IMG/VR virus record: IMGVR_UViG_3300037067_022550
Strand: one strand, 5' to 3'
Source: a virus
DNA length: 64,000 bases
Position numbers and translations under genes: made by a program
The notes under the pieces: model-generated
Seen by the model: only the letters and a program-made list of their open reading frames with translations
What the model was told of the DNA's origin: nothing
Database searches by the model: none
Part shown: one piece after another, positions 1-9,659 of the stretch
Position numbering within the stretch: position 1 is the first letter of the stretch
How the letters are laid out: each line of letters starts with the position of its first letter

Positions 1-652
1 TGGCATCTCTCATGCTACCTCGAGATATTTTTGCAATATTTGTAAGCACATTATCCACTATTTCTATTTTTTCTTTTTTAGCTATTTGTTTTAAGTGGTT
101 AAACATTTCTTGCGTAGATATTTGATTAAAAATAAAGCTCTGACATCTTGAAGTTATAGTGGATGGAACTTTTCTGTGATCTGTTGTACAAAATATAAAA
201 GTAACATAAGATGGTGGCTCTTCTATTATTTTAAGAAGAGAATTCCATGCTTCTGTAGTAAGCATATGACACTCATCTATGATATATATCTTCTTTTTTA
301 ACTCTTGAGGAGCATAATTGGCAGTTTCTTTTATTTTCCTGGCATCATCTATGCCTCTCTTGCTTGCAGCATCTACTTCATAAACATCAACACAATAACC
401 GTTATGTATACTAGTACACGACCTACATTTACCACATGCAAGATACCCTTCTCTATGTTCGCAAGTCATCAAGGCAGAAATAATTCTTGCAATACTAGTC
501 TTACCAGAACCAAATTGACCAGCAAAAAGATAAGCATGACAAAACTTATCTTTTTCAGCTTGTTTTTTTATTGCAGAAACTATTTTATGCTGACCAACAA
601 TATCAGTAATTTGTATTGGACGCCATTTAGTATATAACGGTATGTTATTCAT
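1..652 (-). CDS. dnaX: DNA polymerase III gamma/tau clamp-loader subunit (DnaX-like), 3' end truncated by window start
   Basis: Minus-strand ORF starting at ATG at 652 (MNNIPLYTKWRP...), running off position 1. It has the YTKWRP...VGQ motif, a Walker A motif (AGQFGSGKTS) and a CxxC...C zinc module followed by DVYEVDAAS. The ORF track does not list it because it has no stop in the window. Confidence 0.7.
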   Translation of the reverse strand, partial: MNNIPLYTKWRPIQITDIVGQHKIVSAIKKQAEKDKFCHAYLFAGQFGSGKTSIARIISALMTCEHREGYLACGKCRSCTSIHNGYCVDVYEVDAASKRGIDDARKIKETANYAPQELKKKIYIIDECHMLTTEAWNSLLKIIEEPPSYVTFIFCTTDHRKVPSTITSRCQSFIFNQISTQEMFNHLKQIAKKEKIEIVDNVLTNIAKISRGSMRDA

Positions 653-660
653 AATATTTT

Positions 661-1185
661 TTATTTTTTCTTATCTTTATTTTTAATTGTCGTTTTTTCA
701 TTATACAATATGTTTATTAAATCATCAATTTTATTTTCAAAATTATCTAAAGATCCATCATTTGAGATGAAATAATTATAATTAAGGTCATCAATTGGTT
801 TTTCTTTATAAAAACCTATCCTTTCTACATAAATTAAAAAACCATTATTTACAATGAATTCGGATTCGTTTTTAAAATATACATTATCAAAAACAATTTT
901 ATCTACATTTTTTGGAATAGATGCTAATGATATATTAAGCCAATAGTTTTCATTTATTTTTCTTCCACTTTCACAAACTTGATTTAAAATAGACAAACCA
1001 TTTTTATCTTTTTTCCCATCCCAATTGCACAATTTCATTGCAGATTCTTCAACAGGATTCAATAAGTCACATAAATAAAAATTGTGTTTTTTTACTAAAA
1101 AGTTAGCAGCCGTGGTTTTACCAGCACAATGGGAGCAAAAATTTCCTCCACAAAAACCAACAACCATATTTGAAATTTTTGTCAT
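661..1185 (-). CDS. P-loop NTPase, possible (d)NMP kinase
   Basis: GxxxxGKTT P-loop near the N-terminus (CAGKTTAANFL); size about 170 aa. Confidence 0.35.
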   Translation of the reverse strand: MTKISNMVVGFCGGNFCSHCAGKTTAANFLVKKHNFYLCDLLNPVEESAMKLCNWDGKKDKNGLSILNQVCESGRKINENYWLNISLASIPKNVDKIVFDNVYFKNESEFIVNNGFLIYVERIGFYKEKPIDDLNYNYFISNDGSLDNFENKIDDLINILYNEKTTIKNKDKKK

Positions 1186-1625
1186 TTTGGTTTAATCTTT
1201 TGATTAATATTATTCCACCATTTTTTTGTATCTTCATCCATATCCTTTTCATTAATATAACATGGCATATCATACATATCTTTAGGCCAAAGTTCTCTTT
1301 GTATCATTTCTTCTCCGTGTAAAGCTGCATGAAGATTCCAAAAAGCTTGTCCAAGATGATCTTCATCTCTTTTACCTTCAATATATTGAGTTAGATGTCT
1401 AGTAGCAGAATCAATATATCTTGAAATTGGCATACCCTTTTCCCAATTCCTTTCAGAATATTTAATTGCCCCCTTTTCCGAAATGTCTGCTATTCTCTTT
1501 AAAGCAATTGGAGAAATTAAATCATATCTTCCTTTACCTATTTGTCTGTCTCTTTGAGCACCAGTACCGAAGACTTGTCTTTGACCAGAATCTTTAAGTT
1601 TAAACTCATTTTCATTTGATGGCAT
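1182..1625 (-). CDS. dATP/dGTP pyrophosphohydrolase-domain (MazG-like, phage-type) protein
   Basis: TGAQRD...KGRYDLISPIALKRIADISEKGAIKY..RNWEKGMP...DEDHL pattern, typical of the phage dATP/dGTP diphosphohydrolase domain. Confidence 0.55.
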   Translation of the reverse strand: MPSNENEFKLKDSGQRQVFGTGAQRDRQIGKGRYDLISPIALKRIADISEKGAIKYSERNWEKGMPISRYIDSATRHLTQYIEGKRDEDHLGQAFWNLHAALHGEEMIQRELWPKDMYDMPCYINEKDMDEDTKKWWNNINQKIKPK

Positions 1626-1733
1626 TTTTCCTCCTATATTAATTTAATATGTTTTTATTAATGCAATATTTATTTTTCAACAAATATAAAAATACAAATT
1701 AATTATACATTTTTTTTAAAATTAATGAAATAA

Positions 1734-2636
1734 TTAATTGTTAGCTATCCATACAGCACTATCACTTGCTCCTACAAAGGGAGTGGTAGCAACATAAGGC
1801 TCATTAGAACCACTTGCAGAACTTGGAGTAGGATTGTATAATACTTTTAATGACCACTCATCATCCCCTAATTTAAATTTTAATGTATCACTACTTGTAT
1901 TGTTCCAAGTATTAAAACCATATGTCCCTATACTTCCTGTAACTTCTTGCATTCCCAACCTTAATGCTTTTGGCCCATAATAATTACTATTTGTAACATA
2001 GTCGCTTTCAGGACCAGAAACATAAATAGGCAAAACATTGTTTTTAATATTAATTGAAAATGCCTGTATATCACCGTTTAAACTAGACGTAATAACGCAT
2101 TGATCCCAAGTTAACAATTTAGTGCATGAACTTTTTTTATAAGCAGTAGGAGTTCCTTCATTTTTCTTTGCAACCACGCCAACTTCAAAACTAGAAACAT
2201 CACCAGCATTTATAGTTAAAGTTAATGATTCAACTACTGCATTTTTAATTTGATGACCTTCTTTGGTTCCTGATCCGTCTGGAGAAGAAAAATATATAAA
2301 ATCAATTTGAGAAATTTCCGTTCCTTTAATGGCATATTCTATAAGACTTTTTGCATTTAGTGTAGAACCATCTACTGACATGGGAGCTGAAAATTTCCCC
2401 TTAAATATAGATGGCGGGTATCTATATATTTTCTTTTGAATGTTGTTATATCCTCCAGCCTTATCGTTATCTGTTTCTGGACCTTTTATATTTGTTCCTG
2501 TGTAATTTGTATCTCTTAAACCAACAACATGATCATAAAATTGGATGCTGTTTTCTATTCCGGAATTCATAGATAAAACAGGGATAATAGTAGTATTATC
2601 TAATATACAACTGCCTATATATGCCATTCTAGCCAT
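1734..2636 (-). CDS. hypothetical protein
   Basis: 300-aa ORF with no recognisable motif; Gly/Ser/Thr/Asn-rich, possibly structural. Confidence 0.4.
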   Translation of the reverse strand: MARMAYIGSCILDNTTIIPVLSMNSGIENSIQFYDHVVGLRDTNYTGTNIKGPETDNDKAGGYNNIQKKIYRYPPSIFKGKFSAPMSVDGSTLNAKSLIEYAIKGTEISQIDFIYFSSPDGSGTKEGHQIKNAVVESLTLTINAGDVSSFEVGVVAKKNEGTPTAYKKSSCTKLLTWDQCVITSSLNGDIQAFSINIKNNVLPIYVSGPESDYVTNSNYYGPKALRLGMQEVTGSIGTYGFNTWNNTSSDTLKFKLGDDEWSLKVLYNPTPSSASGSNEPYVATTPFVGASDSAVWIANN

Positions 2637-2662
2637 AAAAATAATTCTCCACTATTATATGA

Positions 2663-3325
2663 TTAAATATTTTTGCCACAACATTTTTTATATTTAATTG
2701 GTTCACCATTTATTTTTTTAGCCCCACAAGGACAAGGATCATTTCTTCCAACCTTAATCTTATTTCTCTCAATTGGTATACTCTTAACACAAAATTCTGT
2801 AATTATTTTCCCTTTAAAATGGTCAAGTTCATGCTGAATTGCTATTGTAACAATCTTATTGTCAACTAAGAACTTTTCATCATCCTTTTCTGTGGGATAA
2901 TTTAAATATATTTTATCTGTTATTAATATGTCCCCATCTATTCTATCATTTTCAATTACTAAATGTTTATATCTGTAAGTATTAAAAAACTGACCAGGAA
3001 ATGATAAACAACCTTCATTGAAAAACAAAAATTCTTCTTCCGCTTCAATAATTTTGGGATTAATTAGGCAAAAGTACTCCTTGCTGTTAAAAAACTCCTT
3101 TTTTAATACTGCAATTGTTTTAGGAATACCTATTTGAATGGCCGCTAACCCAACTCCATTTGGTTCATTATCTAATGTTGATTTGATATTTTCAACGATT
3201 TCTAGGGCTTCCTGGGCTGTTCTAACTGGTTCAGAAACTTGCTTTAAAACATTAATATCTCTAACTATTTTATTGAATCTCCCCACGAATGAATTCTGGG
3301 GATTCCTGATTACTAAGCTACACAT
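2663..3325 (-). CDS. def: peptide deformylase with C-terminal SEC-C metal-binding motif; 5' end overlaps the IS605 right end
   Basis: PDF motifs GVGLAAIQIG, EGCLSFPG and QHELDH. C-terminal DPCPCGAKK...KCCGKN resembles the SEC-C motif. The first 17 codons are encoded by the IS end hairpin sequence. Confidence 0.7.
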   Translation of the reverse strand: MCSLVIRNPQNSFVGRFNKIVRDINVLKQVSEPVRTAQEALEIVENIKSTLDNEPNGVGLAAIQIGIPKTIAVLKKEFFNSKEYFCLINPKIIEAEEEFLFFNEGCLSFPGQFFNTYRYKHLVIENDRIDGDILITDKIYLNYPTEKDDEKFLVDNKIVTIAIQHELDHFKGKIITEFCVKSIPIERNKIKVGRNDPCPCGAKKINGEPIKYKKCCGKNI

Positions 3326-3480
3326 AGTATAGCCTTTCTTTCGAGGCTTATTCCAAGCCCAGCATTGATAACTACCACGGCAGAATTAATATCTCTGTCG
3401 TGATCCGCCCCACAAGCGGAACATACCCAATGCCTTACCTTGAGCCCGCCCAATCCTGTGGGGCCGGTCAAAGCTCCGCA
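3284..3480 (-). ncRNA. putative omega (right-end) guide RNA of TnpB
   Basis: By the architecture of IS200/605 TnpB systems, the omega RNA overlaps the 3' end of tnpB and ends at the RE boundary. Only about 30 nt separate the tnpB stop from the RE hairpin. This is inferred and not seen directly. Confidence 0.3.
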
Positions 3481-4374
3481 GTCCGAACAGGTCATAGTGG
3501 TCTTTCTTGAATTTACCGGAATTATATTCCTACCGCAGATACTGCCCTTGTAGGTTATAAACTTTGCCAACTGTCCCAACCCAGCTTCCGTTACTGACTT
3601 GCCAAAAATTCCTGCTGCCATACCCTTAAAGTTGTCGTCACTGTAGCAAATGGTCTTGTAGTTTTCCACCAGCTTCCTGCTTATCTTATGGTTACGATCC
3701 AGTCTTCTATTAGCTTGCCTTTCCTGCAACCTTGCTGTCAACGCTTTTCTATGTCCTCTTTGAGCTTGAGCAAGGCGTTCTGCCCCTTTATGAAGCTCTC
3801 TAGGATTTTCGATCTTAGTGCCGTTGGACAAGGTTAGCAAGGTATCAAATCCAGGGTCTATTCCAACAGCAGTATTAGTTTCTTTGACTGTGAAAATATG
3901 TATTGTATCTAACCAAAGGCAGAGATACCAACCGGAAGCTTTCTTAACTATTCTACCGCACTTGATTTCTGCATTTGGCAATTCCTGTTTGACGAAGCGA
4001 ACTTTCTTCAATCCAGGAATACTAATTTTACCGTCCTTTGGTGGATTAATTGGATCTGGAAAGGGAATGGAATTGAACTTGTTGTGTCTTCCCTTGAGAT
4101 GTGGTTTCTTGGCTTGCTTTCTAAAACACTTTTTCCAAGCATCATAAACTTGAGATAGAGTTCCCTGAATAGTATGAGAAGGAATGCCTAGTTTCTTTCC
4201 GTGGTCAGCCAGTAAGTTGTGGAATGTCTTCTCAGAAAAGTAGATATTGTCTTTAGCATTAAGTTCTATTTTTTTAAGACCAAAGTTATATACACCCGTT
4301 AAGTTATTAAGCCATCCGTTTAGTGTTTGCTCTTGCTTCTTGGTTGGTCTAAGTTTTAGGGTTCTTACTATCAT
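3313..4374 (-). CDS. tnpB: TnpB (OrfB) RNA-guided nuclease-family protein
   Basis: 353 aa. C-terminal RuvC-III plus zinc ribbon (CSDCGALTG...HWVCSACGADHDRDINSAVVV). N-terminal OrfB helix-turn-helix-like region. Confidence 0.8.
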   Translation of the reverse strand: MIVRTLKLRPTKKQEQTLNGWLNNLTGVYNFGLKKIELNAKDNIYFSEKTFHNLLADHGKKLGIPSHTIQGTLSQVYDAWKKCFRKQAKKPHLKGRHNKFNSIPFPDPINPPKDGKISIPGLKKVRFVKQELPNAEIKCGRIVKKASGWYLCLWLDTIHIFTVKETNTAVGIDPGFDTLLTLSNGTKIENPRELHKGAERLAQAQRGHRKALTARLQERQANRRLDRNHKISRKLVENYKTICYSDDNFKGMAAGIFGKSVTEAGLGQLAKFITYKGSICGRNIIPVNSRKTTMTCSDCGALTGPTGLGGLKVRHWVCSACGADHDRDINSAVVVINAGLGISLERKAILCVA

Positions 4375-4784
4375 GTTTTTTTCTGTGCCTCTACATATTT
4401 TTTAATGGAAGACAAAGGATCACCACCAACTGTAGACAGGAAATAAGAATTTGTCCAAAGAGTGGGCAATCTAGTTCTCATCCACTTATATTCCTGTCTA
4501 AGATACTTAGATGATCTTCCTTTTAACTGCTTAACAAGTTTGTGTATTCCATATTGCGGATTGACTTCCACAAGCATATGAACATACTCTGGTAAAACTT
4601 CTAATGCCAAAATATCAGCTTGGCGTTCTTGACAAACTCCAGAAAGAATACTTTTAAGTCTTTTTTCAGAACCGTCAACTAAAACTTTCCTTTTGTATTT
4701 CGTACACCAAACGATGTGGTACTTTGATGAATAAACTACATTAAAACTAGACTTATAACCTTTCATACCTACATTATACCACAA
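4371..4784 (-). CDS. tnpA: IS200/IS605 Y1 (HUH) transposase TnpA
   Basis: 137 aa. YHIVWCTKYKRKVL (HuH) and Y-containing C-terminal half typical of IS200 TnpA. Confidence 0.8.
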   Translation of the reverse strand: MWYNVGMKGYKSSFNVVYSSKYHIVWCTKYKRKVLVDGSEKRLKSILSGVCQERQADILALEVLPEYVHMLVEVNPQYGIHKLVKQLKGRSSKYLRQEYKWMRTRLPTLWTNSYFLSTVGGDPLSSIKKYVEAQKKT

Positions 4785-4876
4785 ATAACTGTATAATCCT
4801 TCTTTTTATTTAACTTATTTTGTTTTGCCTTACCCCACGAATGAATTCGGGAATGTAGTTCAAAAGACGGCTCATT

Positions 4877-5101
4877 TTATTTACCTGTATCAAATTTATA
4901 AAAATCTTCCTCAGCTGAATTATTTGTTACTGGAGATGAATAGTATATTGCACTAGAATAACCTTCTGGAACTATTTCTGGCAATTTAGCCCAATCATAT
5001 GCAGCTTTATAAGTACAACCACAATTCCAAACACCTATTACTGGCTTGTCTTTATTGGGTTTAATTTCCTGCCTACAAACTGAACAAACAAATTTAGCCA
5101 T
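4877..5101 (-). CDS. small zinc-ribbon protein
   Basis: CSVC...CGC cysteine pairs; 74 aa. Confidence 0.4.
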   Translation of the reverse strand: MAKFVCSVCRQEIKPNKDKPVIGVWNCGCTYKAAYDWAKLPEIVPEGYSSAIYYSSPVTNNSAEEDFYKFDTGK

Positions 5102-5122
5102 AATATTATCCTATCTTTAATT

Positions 5123-5830
5123 TTACACATATCTTATTCTTGTATTTTTTATCTTTTGTCTAGCTATATTTAATAATTTTTGAACATCTTCTTTTTCGTA
5201 TAACTTAATTTTATCAGACAAATTACATCCAAGTAGGTTATTTTTCATTCTAAATTTTTGTAAAAACCAATTAGAATTATTTTTAATCTTAGTTGATATA
5301 GAAATAATATCTTGTTCATCAACTAATTCAGGAAACAGTGTAGTTCTAAATTCATGATCGACATTTTCACTATTCAAAATATCTATAGATTCTAAAATTT
5401 CGTAAAATACACAAGATTTGTCGCTAACAATATCCCACTTTTTTAAATCACAAAACCCGGTTTTAACATCCATTGCCACAAAAGAAACCATTTTATGAAA
5501 TATTAAGTTTTGCAATATTACAGGAAAACTACCATTAGTAGAAATTCTTACCTGAAAACCGTTGTTTTTTAGTTTTTCAATATATTCATATATTCTTTCG
5601 TTATTAAGCGGCTCTCCACCAGATATAAGAATTTTTTCTTCTTTACCCTTATATTTTTCAATAATAAAATCAAGTGGTATTTTCTTGTTATTTTCTTTTC
5701 TTACCAATTTTGCGTTTAAACAATAAGGGCATTTGAAATTGCAACCTTCTAAAAAAATTACTGGACATAAAACGTCTGGGAAACCAGCTTCTGCAATATC
5801 ACCATAACCTGCTACAAAAAGAGTTTCCAT
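5123..5830 (-). CDS. radical SAM activating enzyme (anaerobic RNR activase NrdG / PflA-like)
   Basis: N-terminal GCNFKCPYCLN (CxxxCxxC) and ILISGGEPL; about 235 aa. Confidence 0.6.
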   Translation of the reverse strand: METLFVAGYGDIAEAGFPDVLCPVIFLEGCNFKCPYCLNAKLVRKENNKKIPLDFIIEKYKGKEEKILISGGEPLNNERIYEYIEKLKNNGFQVRISTNGSFPVILQNLIFHKMVSFVAMDVKTGFCDLKKWDIVSDKSCVFYEILESIDILNSENVDHEFRTTLFPELVDEQDIISISTKIKNNSNWFLQKFRMKNNLLGCNLSDKIKLYEKEDVQKLLNIARQKIKNTRIRYV

Positions 5831-5831
5831 A

Positions 5832-6092
5832 TTATTTTAAAAAATCCTTAATATCTCTTATGGTAATATTTTGATTGAAAATAATTTTATTATCATTAAA
5901 AATAGCAAAAGGAACAGTATTTATATTAAAGTTAATTGATAAATTCATAGCTTCGTCCGAAATAGAATTTATCTTTTCTATTTTTATATTAATTTTTTTT
6001 TGTTGAACATAATCTTTTATTAAATTAAACAAAATATTGCAATCTTTGCAGTTGTCTGCTCCTATAATTTTAATTATGTTATTTTTGAGCAT
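5832..6092 (-). CDS. glutaredoxin/NrdH-like redoxin
   Basis: CKDC active-site pair and TVP cis-Pro motif of the thioredoxin fold; 86 aa. Confidence 0.5.
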   Translation of the reverse strand: MLKNNIIKIIGADNCKDCNILFNLIKDYVQQKKINIKIEKINSISDEAMNLSINFNINTVPFAIFNDNKIIFNQNITIRDIKDFLK

Positions 6093-6652
6093 ATGTCTAT
6101 AGGGGTATTTTTTATTTTAATATCATAAACTTCTCGTACTTTATCTAAATCTTTTTCGTTTTTAATGTGCAGTAACCAATCATCTTTTTTTATTTCTTCT
6201 TCAATTACATCAATACAAAAGGTTATAGGCATGAATGGAAAAGATTTAATGTATTGGTTACTACTTATTCCAGAAGATGTTGTTCCGTGCCATGTCGTTC
6301 CTTTTTGGGTTTTCCAAGAAATGGCATGTATATAATATGCTTGTCCGTCTTTACCTTCTTTAAATACTGCTGAATTTCTATTATTTTGATAACAATTTGT
6401 TTCTACATTGATAAGATTCCATTCATCATCTTTTCCGTTTAGGGGAGTAATGGTTTCATAATTTGACAATTTATTAAATATTCTTCTAACCATGCTTGCC
6501 GAACCTCCGCTATGCCCTTGATTAGAAAAAACATCAATTAATTCTATAACTGCTTCTCCTATTCCGCCATTATAATCACTATCTTTGTCAAACAATCCTG
6601 CCACTTGCAATTCTTTTCTTGCATGTTTTAATAAATTCGATTCTTCTTTCAT
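6074..6652 (-). CDS. hypothetical protein
   Basis: 192-aa ORF, tiled with neighbours (4-nt overlap). Confidence 0.4.
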   Translation of the reverse strand: MKEESNLLKHARKELQVAGLFDKDSDYNGGIGEAVIELIDVFSNQGHSGGSASMVRRIFNKLSNYETITPLNGKDDEWNLINVETNCYQNNRNSAVFKEGKDGQAYYIHAISWKTQKGTTWHGTTSSGISSNQYIKSFPFMPITFCIDVIEEEIKKDDWLLHIKNEKDLDKVREVYDIKIKNTPIDICSKIT

Positions 6653-6900
6653 TTTATATCTCCTTGTTGTTTTTCTGGATCATATGCTATAGTAATTGAA
6701 TATTTGAATCGTTTAAATAATTCTGTAGTTTTTTCAAGTTCTGTGTCTACATCTTGCCCGGGTTTAAATTTGAAACTTTCCTCATATAATGCAATAGGCT
6801 TTAATATTTTGCCATTATTTTCATCCTTTAGCTTAATCATTATACATCTTGCTTGTGGAATATAAGTAGCATTTAAAATTTTACCTCTTATTTTTTTCAT
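6649..6900 (-). CDS. hypothetical protein
   Basis: 83-aa ORF in an operon-like tiling. Confidence 0.35.
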   Translation of the reverse strand: MKKIRGKILNATYIPQARCIMIKLKDENNGKILKPIALYEESFKFKPGQDVDTELEKTTELFKRFKYSITIAYDPEKQQGDIK

Positions 6901-6903
6901 ATT

Positions 6904-7695
6904 TCACATTACTTTCTTTTCTAATAATTGTGGTACAACATTTTTCTCTAATATTTTAATAAAATCTTCCAATGCATCTTTTTTGGCAGCTAAAGAAAAA
7001 CTAGTCAAGTTAGCTAACCATTCTTCCCCAAAGAAAAGAAATAATAACCAATCGTGAATCGTTCTATAGTTCCACCTTGCCCCTATCTTATGTTCAATGT
7101 CTTCTTTTAGTGTTAAGTCGTTTTTAATAAGTAAATGAAGATCTAATTTATCTAATGCGCTATACATACTATTTATTTGCTCAATAGACAATGTTTCCTT
7201 GTTTTTTCTTTTAACAAATTCACATTGGGTATTTAATGGAACTTGTTCTTTTGGTAGATGAAGGGCATTAGCAACAGTTTCTGCTCTTTTGTCATAGACA
7301 TCTTTAGGCCAAAGACCGTATAATCTGCAACCAAGCGGGCGTTTTGAATATAATAAACAATCTTTTTCTTTAATCATTGGGCAAGGTTTAATCAAACTCT
7401 TGGAAAAGAAATACTTAATAGCTGTTACCAATAGTTTTGTTTTATCTTCCTTACTCCAATTTGTCCAAATATCATCTATAACAGAAACGGCTTCAGAATA
7501 GTTCATTTGTGGACAAGCAACCCTGCAACAATTACATTGTCTTAAACAGGTGGTTGCTAAATCCCCATGTAAGTTATAAATACTATTAAGTTCTTCTTCT
7601 AGGGTTTTGTTGGAAGAAACTTTTACTTTAAGTTTTTTGGGTTGTTTCTTAGGGGGATGTTTATTGTAACTAAATACTTTTTTGCCTTTTTTCAT
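6904..7695 (-). CDS. Cys-rich protein (YkgJ-like putative Fe-S/Zn-binding domain)
   Basis: CLRQCNCCRVACPQ cluster near the N-terminal third. Confidence 0.35.
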   Translation of the reverse strand: MKKGKKVFSYNKHPPKKQPKKLKVKVSSNKTLEEELNSIYNLHGDLATTCLRQCNCCRVACPQMNYSEAVSVIDDIWTNWSKEDKTKLLVTAIKYFFSKSLIKPCPMIKEKDCLLYSKRPLGCRLYGLWPKDVYDKRAETVANALHLPKEQVPLNTQCEFVKRKNKETLSIEQINSMYSALDKLDLHLLIKNDLTLKEDIEHKIGARWNYRTIHDWLLFLFFGEEWLANLTSFSLAAKKDALEDFIKILEKNVVPQLLEKKVM

Positions 7696-7793
7696 ATTTT
7701 ACTCTCCAATTTATTGACATAATTTAAAAATACAAAATATATTATACATAAAAAAAATAATAATGTATAATATATTTAATAAGGAGAATATTA

Positions 7794-8780
7794 ATGCATC
7801 CAAATTATAAGAATTATGATTATAAAGATCCTCTATTTGTGACTAGTTCAAAAGCATGGTGCTCTGTTTGTAAAAATGAAGATCCTCAAAAACCAACTTG
7901 TACAAACTGTAAGGGAACTGGTTATCAACCGCTAAATCTGAATGGCTTATGGTATCCATCTTCTGGTTTTCTTGTTTGCGGAGGACCTAGTATCAATAAA
8001 TTGCCATATCAAAGATTAAGAGAAAGAGGAATTGTTTCTTTAGCCGTAAATAATGTTGCTGCTTATGTACCAGTAACAGCATTTTGCTTTAGCGATCCAC
8101 AAACTAAATTTCATCACGGATTATTTTTAGATCCAAAATGTTTAACTTTTGCCCCAATCCCAAAATTAAGGCATCATATTGTTGCAAAGTTGCCAAATAA
8201 AAAATTTCAAGGCATGGATGCTAGAATAAGACATTGCCCATCTTCTTTTGGATTTTCTAGGCAAACGACATTTTCTGCAGAAAGCTTTTTAACAAGCGAA
8301 ACTGCATATTGGGGAAGAGGAGGAAAACAACCTGGCAATGACAATCCCTTCCAATGCTTATGCACAATGCTCCTTGGTTTTAGATTAATGCATTATTTAG
8401 GTTGTCCTAGAATATATTTGTTAGGAGTTGATTTTTGGATGGAAGAAGGCAAGCAAAATTATGCTTTTAAACAAGAAAAGACAGCAAGAAATGGGAGATA
8501 TAAAAATGAAAACTCCTATTTAAATGAATTAAAACCAATATTTGATAAAGCAGGATTTGAAGTTTTTAATTGCAACAAAGAATCAAAATGCGATGCTTTT
8601 CAATATGTCCCCTTTGATGAAGCACTAGAAGATTGCAGGGGTGGAGTTCCGATAGAGCCATTTGATACCGAAAATTATTACTCCAAGAGCATTGCCGAGA
8701 AAGACATGAAGGAAAACCCCAAAACGATCAGTATCGCAGAATTAGCCGAAATACAACAAAAATACAAAATGTCATCTTAA
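7794..8780 (+). CDS. hypothetical protein, DUF115/MptE-like (LVCGGPS motif); target of HNH endonuclease insertion
   Basis: AGGAG RBS at 7778. N-terminal CxxC...CxxC and GGPS motif. The 3' end is duplicated at 9752-9814. Confidence 0.45.
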   Translation: MHPNYKNYDYKDPLFVTSSKAWCSVCKNEDPQKPTCTNCKGTGYQPLNLNGLWYPSSGFLVCGGPSINKLPYQRLRERGIVSLAVNNVAAYVPVTAFCFSDPQTKFHHGLFLDPKCLTFAPIPKLRHHIVAKLPNKKFQGMDARIRHCPSSFGFSRQTTFSAESFLTSETAYWGRGGKQPGNDNPFQCLCTMLLGFRLMHYLGCPRIYLLGVDFWMEEGKQNYAFKQEKTARNGRYKNENSYLNELKPIFDKAGFEVFNCNKESKCDAFQYVPFDEALEDCRGGVPIEPFDTENYYSKSIAEKDMKENPKTISIAELAEIQQKYKMSS

Positions 8781-8837
8781 TTTAATCCATTATGTATAAA
8801 TTAATGGGTTATAAAAAGTTTAATAATATTTATAAAA

Positions 8838-9659
8838 TTACACATCAAAAGAGCCATCTGGTTTAATATGTCCTCCCCATCCAGTTCCATCTGTTAGACC
8901 TTCATGTTCATCAATTCCTTCTCTACAACCAGGTGTTTTTAACAACAATTTATTAACCACAGAAATAATTTTAACATCGCGATGTTGTGCATGAATAATA
9001 CGATGACAATTAGAACATATTAAGATGCATTTATTGAGTTCATTTTTAAGAACTCTCCATTTGCCATTTAATACTTCACTTATTGGTCTGTCCTTATCTC
9101 CGTTGCAATGATGAAAATCAAAAACATCATAATTATCATTATTTGCTTTTAATTTACACACGAAACAAACTCCTCCTTTATAAGAAATTGCTCTAACTTT
9201 TGATAATAATCTGTGAATTTTACTATAACAAGTTTGACAAAATTTCCGTTTCCTTTTCTGGTCTATAGGGTATTGTTTTTGGCATAAACTACAAGCAGAT
9301 GGAACAACAACATTAGATTTTCTTGGATACCATCCTATCTCACTAATTGGTATTTTCCACTTGTCTATGCAAAAACGAACAAAAGATTCACCTAACCTAA
9401 GACGTTGCCTTGTTCCATGTATGCCATATTTTTTTAAATGTATTCTTAAAATATTTTCATTAACAGATCGAATGGCAGTTTCATATTTAATGCGAATAGC
9501 ACGTTTTTGACGTTCAATTCCTTTTTTATATTGTTGTTCGGGAGTTAATTTAATATCATTTGCATAATATTTGGCTCTACGTTCTGGAATACCAAGTATT
9601 TCTCCTATTTCTGCCATACCATATCCTTGTCTACGTAATTCTCTAGCTTTTTCTTTCAT
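8838..9659 (-). CDS. HNH homing endonuclease with N-terminal HTH
   Basis: HHCNGDKDRP...NLQ..CSNCHRIIH (HNH) and multiple CxxC. Confidence 0.65.
   Translation of the reverse strand: MKEKARELRRQGYGMAEIGEILGIPERRAKYYANDIKLTPEQQYKKGIERQKRAIRIKYETAIRSVNENILRIHLKKYGIHGTRQRLRLGESFVRFCIDKWKIPISEIGWYPRKSNVVVPSACSLCQKQYPIDQKRKRKFCQTCYSKIHRLLSKVRAISYKGGVCFVCKLKANNDNYDVFDFHHCNGDKDRPISEVLNGKWRVLKNELNKCILICSNCHRIIHAQHRDVKIISVVNKLLLKTPGCREGIDEHEGLTDGTGWGGHIKPDGSFDV

Larger units (their letters stand above)
3283..4872 (-). mobile_element. IS200/IS605-family insertion sequence (tnpA + tnpB), GC-rich relative to host
   Basis: Abrupt GC rise (about 45% versus about 27%). Y1 transposase plus RuvC/Zn-finger TnpB. 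The same 16-mer CCCCACGAATGAATTC sits in subterminal hairpins at both ends (3284-3299 and 4833-4848). Confidence 0.8.

Noticed and set aside
305-637. Plus-strand 110-aa ORF
   Set aside because: It lies antisense within the DnaX-like gene (1-652, minus strand), which has clear clamp-loader motifs.
3818-4147. Plus-strand 109-aa ORF
   Set aside because: Antisense inside tnpB.
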